Shown: positions 50,401-62,400 of the stretch, in pieces
Numbering within the stretch: the first letter of the stretch is position 1
How the letters are laid out: every line of letters starts with the position of its first letter
Origin: Aplysia californica
Taxonomy: Eukaryota
Direction: 5' to 3'
Assembly: GCF_000002075.1 (NCBI RefSeq)
Contig: NW_004797323.1
Span: 684,205 to 748,204, forward strand
DNA length: 64,000 nucleotides
Made by a program: the position numbers and the translations under genes
The notes under the pieces: model-generated
What the model was told of the DNA's origin: nothing
The model's database searches: none
The model's input: the letters and a program-made list of their open reading frames with translations, nothing else

Positions 50401-53400
50401 AGGCCCCAAGATCTGGAATGCTTCACCAAGTACTTTAACAAGAGTGATCAAATCTTTTGATTCATTCTAAGGTCAGCTGAAGTTGTTTCTGTTTTTAAAT
50501 TAGTAAGATGAATATCTGGAGTGATTTTCTTTTAGTCAGAACACCGTTATAGGTAACTGTTGTACGTTGTACTGTATTGTAAAGCGCTCAGAGCCTGTGT
50601 ACTTTAATCGGGGTTGAGCCCTATATAAATGTCATTTGTGAGGCAGCGTGGTGGAATCAGGCTATCGTCAATTTTTGGTCATGTAGAGTTATTGGCATCA
50701 TCTTCGACCTTGTTCACTTGTCTTTATTTGGATGAAAGAAATATCCATTTATCTTAAATACAAGTCGAGATATTAGCGAAAGAAGGTGGGGGTCACCTAT
50801 TTTCAGAGGTAAAATTAGTGAGAAAATGGTCGCCAAAGATTAGTTATTTCCTTAGCTTAAGAGTCCGTGGTAACTGAAAATTTACATTTTGTGTGCCTTT
50901 AATCAACGCTTTTCAAGAAAAATGAACACAGATATGAGTTCTTTAGTGGGCATGAAAGGTGTTGAGCCAAAAAACAAAAATTCAATAAAAATTCACAAAC
51001 CTACGGAAAAATGCAAGTTTCTTCACTTTGATTATTTTGACGAGAGCCTGATTCCACCACGCTGCCTCACATTTATTATTATTATTATGTGAATCCAGCA
51101 AATGTCTCAGGGAGCTGATGTGCATTGGTTATTTAGGCTTGGGGGCGGCTTCTCAGAGGGTTATCCACATCAGGAAGACTAGATTCCCTTTTTTTGGGGG
51201 GTGGCTAATTTATGGTTGTTCTCATTCAAATTCAGGGATGTGGAGGAAAGTTCTGGATTGGGTTTATTTTCACCCTCCGTCTCCACAAGCACCAAGGTGG
51301 TTGATGAAAATTTCCCATCACTTATGGATGGGCCGTTCAAAATTCCTCTCCCTCCTTCTAGACCAGCTGGATTGGCAAAAGATGTTAAAGGTGAGTTTGG
51401 ACACAGTTTTAGATTATGAGACACACATGTCTTGAATAGTGGGCAGACTGTTGTGGTGTTTTCACAGTGGAGGGGTGAAGGATGTGCTTTTGTCTACTAT
51501 GGGCGCCTGCCTATTACAAGGTGATTGGAAAAGGCATTATATGGGTATTGTTTTTATTTTTCACCTTCTGCCTTCAAAGTGACTTTTTATGTATGATCTA
51601 CATTTAAAAGTTTGTGTTTCTAAATCACATTTCCCAGTAGCTTGGAAAGTTTTAAAAGTTTTACTTGCAGTTTTCAAAAAAAAATTCTGCTGGTGCTAAA
51701 ACATCCTTACTCTTTGTTGTTTTATTAACTAATACTTGACGGCCTGCTTTGAACCGTCTTTTTTTCTGTCTTTTTGGATTCACGTATGTGCCAGGCAAAT
51801 GCTGTCAATATGAAATTTATTTTTTTGTCTCATTTTGTTTCAGAATCCAGTGATTCACTGAAATCTTCATTCAGATCAAACAAAGGTAGCGAGAGGGCAG
51901 ATCCATCTTTGCTATTTGGGGATTCCCTCCGCTTTGAACAAAGTAAAATTAATTCAGACTGGGGTCAGTCCATCAACTTTCTTGACAGTCTGAAGTCAGC
52001 AGATCGTTCTGTGGGCAGTGTACAAGGCTGTCAGGGTGGCGATAATAGTCTTGAGGAAATTCTGTTCAAGGGAGATGATCAAGGAAAAGGTTTGTGTTTA
52101 CTCAGTTTACTGATATATGGTCGCTTTTAAGGACGAGCGGGCTATCCCGGATTTCAGGGCTTTCCAGGTTTCAAGGGAGCTATCCCGATAAATGCTGTTT
52201 TGAGTAAATCAAAGTTAAAGTTTTTGGACCCATATTCAGTTTCTTTCAAAGACAAGGAGAGGTTTCTCTATAACCAAACAAATATACACAGCAATGAGAC
52301 CAAACTATTCCTACAAGTAGGGCAATGCCCACTTTTGGTGTAGGTCAAAATTTCTGGAAACCCCCAAAATCTGGGTTAGCCCGCTTGCCTTTATAGGCGA
52401 CCATTTTAAAGCAGACAGACAAAAGTGAGCAAGCTGTGCCAGCATGGGATATTGTTTAGTGTGAGGGGTAGTACCTGTCCATTTCGTAATTCTATTAAAT
52501 TCCTTGGTAAAAATCAGCCGTAAGCTGACAAAAAGCCTTTTTTTTCTCTTCACAGCAGTTTCGAGAAAAAGAAGTTTTTTTGTCAGCGTAACCATCTAAA
52601 TATAGAGTGATTCCGGAATTTGAATTTTTTTCAAAAACTAGTCACAGTTTCACTTTAATTTTTTCTCTCAAGTAAGGTTACCAGTCAGACTTTCAATTTA
52701 GCAGATGAAAAATGTTGGCGCCAAAATGAAGAAAAAAAAGACATTTTGTCAGCATATGGCAGTAATGTGGTTTGTGTTCTACGAGATTATTGAAGAGAAT
52801 TGAATATGAATTTTGAAGAAAAAAAGAGTTTAATACCATTAACTCTTGAATGTTCATGGCTGCACTTTCTCGGTAAAGCAACATGTTACTTTTTAATGTA
52901 AAGACCTCTGTTTTGTGGCTGGTGTGTAAACGGTTTCGTTGGTAGCTCCCACATTTTTTTCTATCCTTTTGTTGTTTCTGTATTCTTGTTGAGTCCTTTG
53001 TTATGAAAGTTTTTCTGTATTTAAAAAAATTCTTGGCATTTTATATTCCTCAACGTAGCTGATGGTCATCGGAGTGAGCCTCTCAACCCATTTAACGATT
53101 TGGAAATTCCGGAAAACTCGAATAAACGGGACCATTGTGCTACCGACAATCCTTTCGGCAGTTTTTCTGATGATATGAATGATCAGGGATTTGGAGATGA
53201 GGATTTCATGGATGCAGGTGAGCTGTGGTGTTGTTGTATGTGTGTTTATATCTTTTCTGAGAGATGAAAGGGATTTCTTGTAACTCACTTTGTAAAAGTG
53301 AGAGGTTTGTAGAGTTTTTTTGCAGCTAGATCAGTGGAAGAAAGGAGTGTAAAGAATTTTTCATTGGGGTACAACATTTCTACGCCCATGGAGCTGAAAA

Positions 53401-56400
53401 GGCTGAGTCCATCCTTGGTTGTTCTGTTGGAGCAATTTTGTTCTTTTGGAAAAGATATCTGACTAAATACTAGCTACCAGAGTAAGAGTCTTGTCGACTT
53501 TGAACGACTTTTTAAAATATTTTTTTTTATTTTGTAAAAAAAGAATTTTGTTGTCCTAGTGATGTCTGCATCTTGACTTAACCCTATCCGTACGTCATGT
53601 TTTACTATGGTATCCATACGACGTGGGGAACTCTGTGCCACCATTTTGCAAAGAGGAAATTTACTCGTTAGTCTGATCCGCACGCTTTGCATAGCAGTCT
53701 GTCAAAAAGATTTTTTGAGAAATACCGAAAGTTTCAAAGTAATCTCTATTATAAGTATTCTCAAATGTGAAGAATACAACCCCAGGGGTACTAATTGACC
53801 CCAGGGTGTACGGAAAGGGCTAACATATTGTCATGTATATTCCTTTCAGAGGATTGGGAGTGGTGAACTGAGAGTACATTTTGGCCAGAAAGACAACTTT
53901 TTGAGGCCCCAGGGTTGTTGTTTTGTTTTTTTTAAATTCCAACACACAAGAACAAAAATATCTCTTTGGAATCATTGAATTATTTTTTTGGAAAGGGTGT
54001 CAGACTGATCTGGTAGAGGCTTCCCTCTGCTTATCAGGTGGGTATCATTTGTAGTGATTAATTCTGCCCTATCCAAATGATATTTCTTTTTTTCCCCTCT
54101 TTTTTGAGTGTACTAATTGACCATGACTGGCCTTGTACTTCTCCTACCCCTTTACTCCTTCACAAAGAAGTCCACAATTTACTCACATGGTTTAAGGCGG
54201 CCAAGGGTGCTACCGTGAAACGGGCAACAAATCAGTGAGACATTGATGCGTTTGTTTGTTTAATGCACTCAAACAATATGTAATTGAACAAAGAATGCAC
54301 TCAAACAATATGTAATTGAACAAAGAATGCACTCAAACAATATGTAATTGAACAAAGAATGCACTCAAACAATATGTAATTGAACAAAGAATGCACTCAA
54401 ACAATATGTAATTGAACAAAGAATGCACTCAAACAATATGTAATTGAACAAAGAATGCTCTCAAACAATATGTAATTGAACAAAGAATGCACTCAAACAA
54501 TATGTAATTGAACAAAGAATAAGTATGCTACTATGTGGTTGACAATGGGTAGTAAATGTAGTACAGGAACGGTTGTTGATCTTGGGGTTGACGAAATCGG
54601 TACCGCAATCCGCCACTTGAGTAGCAGTCTGCTAAAATGCGATACCATAAATGCCACTTTAATACTTATTTACTTTTTCCTTCCTCTGGTATCCTTAGGA
54701 TGTCAAGGGGGCCACTTTAGTGACGATCCGAAATCAAAGAGTTAATGAATTGTTTTCTGTTGCAGGTGCTGCTCAGGCTATGTTAGCGGAGGATGAGCAT
54801 CAGTTTAGGAAGGAGGACCTGGAGGGAGATGAGGTATGTGGATGTACACGTGTGTTGTCTGGGGGGGGGGATGTTGAGACCAGTGGATGTTAAAAGGATG
54901 TAGTGCCTGGTGGGCAATGAGGCTTGTGGTGTGTTCAGATGTGGTGTGTGAATTTAGCGCCATTAACACTTTCCACCCACATAGCGCGCAGAGCACGTAA
55001 CACTTATCCCCACGGACCAGGATACAGGTGCGGTACATGCTATTTCACATGGGCGCTGATTGGCATCCCGTTGGGAAAAGGGACGGCTTCTTACCGTTGC
55101 CGATGGGCGTCCCGTGGGGGGCAAAGTGTTAATGCCTTGCAGTACTAGTTGAGCTCATAGTGTGTGGGCAAGTAATTCTTTACTCTTATTACTTGTCGTT
55201 TTGATGAGTTGAGCTGAATGCCAAACTTGTGTATTACAGTGTTTAGTAAATGTGTAATGTACAGGTTCATGCGAACATTATCATATTTCAGATGTGCTCA
55301 GAAGTTAGGGTCTTGCATACCGCCCAAGGAGACCGTCCAAATCTGAGCTTTTTTTTTGTGTGGACTGTACAGTCGTAAATTTTTTGTGTTGTGCCTATAT
55401 TCTCTATTCCCTTTGTCTTATTTCGAGAAAGTTGGTTTATCGTGATTTTAAGTATTTCATTAAACATGAGCTTTGTCTCTGTAAATACTTTAGACAAAGA
55501 TTTGCTTCCTGCTCTGTATTCCTTGTAGTGTACTTGCGTGCTACACTAGTTTCCATTAGGAGACCAAGTGCTTATCAGAGAGACCTGTTGAATTTTTTTA
55601 TCTTGCTGTTTTAAAGATTTGCTATTATCTCACCTCGCTCCACTACTTCCTCAGCATTTACATTGATTTTCCAAAACAGGTGAGCATCTGTGGAGAAGGG
55701 GATTTTTAACCATCAAGCTATTTGATTTTGATTTTTTTTATAGGGGGGGGGGGGGTTAATGAGTTATTGACAGTGATTTGTTTTGTCATTGTTTAAATTT
55801 TCTTTTCAGTTATCCAACTTGACTATGGCCTCTGCGCGGGGTATGGATGAGACGTTTATGAACATGACCATCTCTACGTACATGGCAGCAAGGTCCGAGG
55901 AGCACGGCTCTCTCTCGGACCCTCAGAGAAGGGTAAGTGACCGCTGTCCACCTGAATTGTCTTTGATTGAAGGCAATGAAGGCAACCCACTGGGTATTGC
56001 ATGTTGTCTTGTGAAAAAGAAGTTGGGCCTGCAAATGGCATTATGCCTACCTGAAGGTTTACGCTAATGCTTTAAAAAAAAAATGTGATACAACTTTGTG
56101 TGAATTTCTTCCAGTCCTGAGCACTTATTTGCCTTCAATTATTCAAGAAAGTGAATGCCAATTGGTTTGTTTTGTTGTTTTTACGGGAGGGAGGGAGGTT
56201 GTAAGTATGAAGTAGTAGAATATTTTTTGCTTACACATAAACTAGTTGTTTTTCAGTGTTTGATGTGGGTGGTTGGCGGGTGCTCTGGTGTGGTTTGCTC
56301 CTTCTTTCCTATCAAACGTCTATCGTCCTTATCTCCCTTTCTTCTTTTTTATGTTTGTTACTCTCTTGTAACACCTCTAATCTTCTGGCACTCATATGAC

Positions 56401-59400
56401 CTTATGCAGTTGCGAGTGCTGTAAAACCTCTACTAAAACTAAAACCATGTTTGATTGCAGGCTAATCTGGGCATGCCCGTGAAGAGCCCTCCAGTGGAGA
56501 GACGAGGAGTTCCTTTATTTGTGCTGGATGAAACCCGCGAGGAACCTGGTGAGACAAATGAGCATCTTCCTCTTCTACCGTATCTTATGTGGTGCTTTGT
56601 GATGACGCTTTTTTTTATTAGGTTCAGAAGGTTGGGGTGACACTACTGATAAGCCATATTTCTTTAATTTCTCTGTGTTGTTTTCCCCCCCCCCCCCCCC
56701 CCCACTCTCACAGACACACACTCTAAATTACCTTTATCGTGTTTATTTACTTCTCTTTACCCAAACAAATTTGTTTTCCCTACAGCTGCTCCAGCCCTCA
56801 CACGTCAAGAGTCTCCTGTCAGTCCCCGCACTTCTCCGTCTTCTAAAGGTAGAGACCACCACGCCCAGGATGAGATATTGCCGTTAGATTTCCCAAAAGA
56901 GGCTGACACTTCCAAGAGTGTAGATAACTCCCCGGATTCATCAATCAGTTCTGAGGGTAAGTTGGTTTTTACTCTTGCAATGGCCTTTCGATCACTTTGA
57001 ATTTTGTTTTGTAGTCCGTTTTCTCTCTGCTAACTGTGTGTCATTATACCAGCCTCTGTGACAAGCTCAAATGGACCAACTGCCAATGTATTGATTTTGC
57101 ACAGTGCGACCTTCATTTTGTTCCAGCCTTCACTTAGTCAGCCCTTTATTTTATTTTATATATAAGGTTTCATGAAAGTTGAACATTAGGTGGAATAAAG
57201 TCAGGAAGAGTGTGTAGGTAGTTGGCGGGTGCTCTGGTGTGGTTTTCCCCTTCTTTCCTATCAAACATCTATTGTCCTGGTCTCTCCTCCTTCTTTTTTG
57301 TGTTTGTTACTGTCTTGTAACACCTCTAATCTTCTGACGCTCATATGACCGTATGCAGTTGCGAGCGCCGTAAAATGTCTACTAAAACTAAAACTCTCTT
57401 TCTCGTCTTCACAGAGATGACATTCAGCAGTGTACACAAGCAACTAGAGAACCCAGACTTTAGCCTGTCTGACCCAATACAGGTCATCACGTCTGTCTAC
57501 AACAAGTGCTTCAATGAGAAGAAACTGAAGAAGAAAGCCAGCATGAAGAGCCGTGTTCCCTCACAGCCTGGTGAGCCGTCTCTGCCATCACAGCAGTCGC
57601 AGCCTCGCCACACGCCGGAACCCCCCAGTCTGCCATCCCAGTCAGCTCACCTCTCAGAGTCTGCTCACAAGATGCAGCCAGTTCAGCCTTTGCAACATAC
57701 TCAGCTGTCACAGGCTGGTCACATGTCACAGGCCAGTCAGTTGTCACAGGCTGGTCACATGTCACAGGCTGGTCACACGTCAGACGTCAGTCAGTTGTTA
57801 CAAGCTCGTCATACATCAGAGACGAGTCAGTTGTTAAAGACCCGTAATGCATCAGAGGCCAATCAGTTGTCACAGGCTGGTCATACATCAGAGGCTGATC
57901 AGTTCTCGCTGGCTGGTCACATGTCACAGGCCAATCATTTGTCACAAGCTCGTCACATGTTAGAGGCCAGTCAGTTGTCAAAGACCCGTAACACACCAGA
58001 GGCCGGTCAGTTGTCACAGGCAGGTCACATGTCAGAGCCCAGTCAGCAGCCACAGTCTGAAAAACCTCCAGCACTAGCAGCGTCTGACCAGGCAGATTTC
58101 AATCAGACTGGTTTGTCCTCGGTGCCTTACATGACCCTTGTGGAACAGTCCATCACCTCTGACCCTTTGACCATGTCCCTCCTGGCTCCAGGGTCAGCAT
58201 TCGCCGCCAGGACCAAGTCGCAGCGTCCAGTGCCGGGCGAAATTCCCTATTCCGCCACAGGTCCACAGTTTTCTCACCCTGCCCTGAGAGATGCCTCTCT
58301 GGTAAGACAACATACATCCGGCATCCCCAACGCAGAGAAGTTTCTGGAAACATTTGAGGAGCACGTCACGTTGAACGCGGAAAGAGAAATTGGGATAGCA
58401 GATGATGCCAGCTGCACTCTCGAGTCAGTCACAATCCCAGCTCAGTCGGGGCACTCTCTCAGCGAGTCCCTCATGCCGCCGCCGAAGACTACGCAGGTGA
58501 AGAGGTCGCAGCAGCCGGCCTGGGCAGCCAACAACGACAAGGTCGGGGCGAACCACTCCACCATGGAAGTGTTGCACCAGCTGCAGAGTGTGTCGCTGGC
58601 GGACAGCTCTGCCTTCAAGGACGACAGCGTGTCTCCCGCGTTCTACTCACTGATGCCGGATCAGACGCAGTCGTTTCTCCAGCAGTCGCACGTCCGCGAC
58701 GGGTTTGCGTCCAGCACGCCGCTCGTAGGCGGGCAGTTGGAGAACCGGCCAAAGTTCAACAACACACACATGTCGGAGAAAAGTGAGCAGGTTTTTTTGT
58801 GGGTTTTTTTTGGCTGTAAAAGTATTTGTAGTATAGTATAACTGCACCGCCACAGCCACACGCGCGCACACATACACACACACACATGTCGGAGAAAAGT
58901 GAGGAGGTTTTTTAAAATTTGGTCTGTAAAAGTATAGATAGTATAGTATAACCGCACCGCCACAGCCACACACGCACACACACACACTCGCGCACACACA
59001 TGCACAAAAAGAAAAGTGCGTTGAAAAGGGTAAAGGATAGTCCCCGGAGGAAGTAAAGTTTTGTTGGTAAAAGTGAAGGTATTACAAATACACACACACA
59101 CACACCCCCCATTTCGAACTTGAGGGGGGGGGGGGGGGGGGGGGCGGTCTCGCATTATTCAACTTATAGCTCTACTGTTTTTTGTTGGATACTCGTATTT
59201 TGACAGTTCGTTTGTGTTTTGTCAACACCACCACTCTTCTGCTTTGAGATTTATAAAATATAAGCCAGCTGGGTTTTGGGTTTTTTCTGTTTTGACTATA
59301 TGCCTCTGTGCTGATAATTTTCTGTGAATTTCCGCTTTTTATTTGTTATTATCGTAGTTAGTATCAGAGTTCTTTGTTGAAATTTCGGGATTGCAATGGG

Positions 59401-62400
59401 GTCGGAATATTTTCCTCTTTTTTTTATTTTTTCTCATTATCAGCACTGATACCTCTATGTTTTCTCACAGGCATTCTTCCACTCGTGACACCCAAACAGA
59501 TGAGCAATCTCATCCAGCTGCCTCAGCATGTGAAAATCTCGGAAGTTTGCTGTGTGCCCCTGAGCCAGCACACCAAGTTTGTCATCACCAATCTGTTTGA
59601 AAGAGGCGTCAAGTGCACTTTGACCGTTCGGGAGGTCAGTGTCAGAGGTCAGCGAATCAACCTCAGCCATTGCCCCTTTGATGTGAGGAAGCAGGTCATT
59701 CTGGAGCCCAACTCCTCGGAGACGATTCAGGTGCTGATTTATACATTTTTTGTTCGGTGCTGATTTATACATTGTTTGTTCGGTACTGATTTATACAGTT
59801 AGTTCAGTACTGATTTATACACAGTTCAGTGCTGATTTATACACTGTTTGTACAATGCTGATTTATACACAGTTCAGTGCTGATTTATACACTGTGCAAT
59901 GCTGATTTATACATTGTTTGTTCGGTGCTGATTTATACACTGTTCGTTCGAGGTGTTGGTTTCTCTGTTCCTGATGAAATTCTTTGATTTTTATTGTATT
60001 TTGACAGAAGACTGTTTTATTTTGTTAGAAAATTTTTAGGTCTGTTATTAACTTTTAGTGTTACACACTGTCTCTATTTATGATGTAATGTATAATAGAC
60101 CTCTTCTTATTTTCTCTAATAATTCTCTGATTTTTTTCTTTGACAGGTGCTTTTCCGACCCAAGGACCATGGAGAGTTTGTGGCCAGCGTGGAGGTTTTG
60201 GCTCAGAGCATGACCAGTGCGGTTGCCAGAACGTATATGTTCTTCCTTTCTGGGGAAGCAGAATTCCCCTGCCTTAAGGTACATTTTTCTCAATAAAAGT
60301 AAGATAAGATAAGATAGTACTTTATTATCCCTACTTTATTATCCCAGAGGGAAATTTTCCTTGACTGTACAGGACCGTAAAAACACATGCAGGTATACAT
60401 AAAAAATTTAAATACTCTCATTAAAATTCAATATGAAAGGAGAAGTAAAGCTGACAAAATGTACATTTACATCAAATGCATCATTCAACTACATGCAGGA
60501 ATTTAAATACTAGACCTTTGGAGTTATATACAGCTACATACTCTTAAGAGCAACACACATTTATGCTCATTCTGACAAAAGCCTTATGCTAGATGGTAAA
60601 AAACTTATTTTATATCTTTCTTTCTTTGTTTTTGGAGGTACATATCTGCCGCTGCGTGATCTGACAATTTGTGCATAAAAGTATATATCCACCACTTTGC
60701 TACCTCAGAATTACAAAGTTCTGTCTGACACTTTTTGCCGTTTTGAGTTACTGACCACGAGATAAAAAACCAAATGTTCTTTCTGCTCTATCAAAATAGC
60801 AAGATTATTTGGAGTCGCTATCAAGATATTTGAAGAATTGCATTTGAAAAGGCTTGAACATATTGGGAAATTAAAAATCTTTGAGGTCAAATTTCTGAAA
60901 ACTAGGTACTGAGCAGAACGGTCGTGGTAATTCTGAGGTAGCAACTTGCCTAATGAAACACACAGAGAGAGAACCCCCCGGGGCAGTGCCACTGACTGTA
61001 GTGTCTTTAGGCCCTTCCCAAAGGGGGGACATTTCTCGTTCAAGCATAGTAGAATTGTAAATGGGCTGCCTCATGTCACGCTCATAACTGTGCCTGATCT
61101 ACAACAGGGAACTGCTGCTTTTTCTTTCCTGATCCTTACTATTGTCATTTCCTCTACTTCTTTTGTATGTTTGTCCCTCTCTTGTGACCTGCTATTTTGG
61201 GGTGCTTTGATAGTCGAAGTAGGCCTTGTGCTGTTGAAGCTAGAGGCGTGAGCAGTCTAAGTCTGATTCCCTGTAAAGACTTCTCTGTTGACACCCACCC
61301 CTTGGCGCTCATATGACCTTGTTATGCAGTTGCGAGCGCCGTTAAACCCTCTACTATGAAAAAAATATATAAAGAGAGAGAGAGAGAGAGGGTTGTTCCA
61401 GCATGTGAGACATGTATATTTTACTAATATCCTGTCTTGTTGTCCGTATGTGTGAGTGCACCTAACCTTTATAAGGTCTACTGCCATTGTTAACGACCAA
61501 GACAAATTTCTCCCTGCGAGATGAATAAAGAATAATAAAGATTGTCATAGTGAATCAATGCTGTCACAGCCTGCCGATTCCTTTTCCAGTAAGTAATAGC
61601 AGCGGCCCTTGATCTGTGCACTAGCTCAATCAAGCACATTCAATATGGAGAGTGGCGCCAACTTTGCTTTTACCCATTTATCTTGGCTCTGATTGTGGAC
61701 TTGCCTGTGAAATAGAGTCACAAGTTTTCACATGAAAGAGGAATTTATTTATATATGACTTCATATGCAATCATTTACACAGTATAGTATATGCATGACT
61801 CGTTGCAACATTCTTCTTTTGAGGTCGATTTCATTGACTTTAAATTGTATCTTAGTTAATGAACCCCCAGTACCCAGTACAGAGCATTACAAGTGTTCTC
61901 AGGAAAGATATCAGAACTCAGTCTTGTTGCAAAGTCAAAGTGACAGACTCTAGCAAGCTCTTAGGTGGACCAGGTTTTATGGGTAGCATGTTTTAAGGCG
62001 TAGACACTTTCTGCTTCATTGTACATATTTGAGCTTAACCAGTTTATTTTTCTTGTGCTTGTCTATTTTTGCAAAGTAGTAAAATCCCACACTCATGTTT
62101 GTGGGTGGTTGGCGGGTGCTCTGGTGTGGTTTGCTCCTTGTTTCCTATCAAACATCTATCGTCCTTATATCCGCTTCGTTTTTATGTTTGTTACTCTCTT
62201 GTAACACTTCTAATCTTCTGGCGCTCATATGACCTTATGCAGTTGCCCGGGCCGTAAAACCTCTACTAAAACTAAACACTCATGGGTTTTTTTTTACCAC
62301 CAGATTTCCCCGAAAAATGAGGAGCTGGACTTTGGTTGTCTGTTGTGGGGTAGTTCTGAATGTCGCTCTCTGAGGATCCAGAATGTTGGGAGAGCCACAG

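Noticed and set aside
53850-53912. Exon-like segment (tttcag|AGGATTGGG...CCCCAG)
   Set aside because: Entered in phase 1 it hits TGA, and exons 10 and 11 join in frame without it. It could be a poison exon, but there is no evidence.
57511-58074. Antisense and alternative-frame ORFs with TCDQPVTTDW repeats
   Set aside because: Shadows of the CEP192 coding minisatellite
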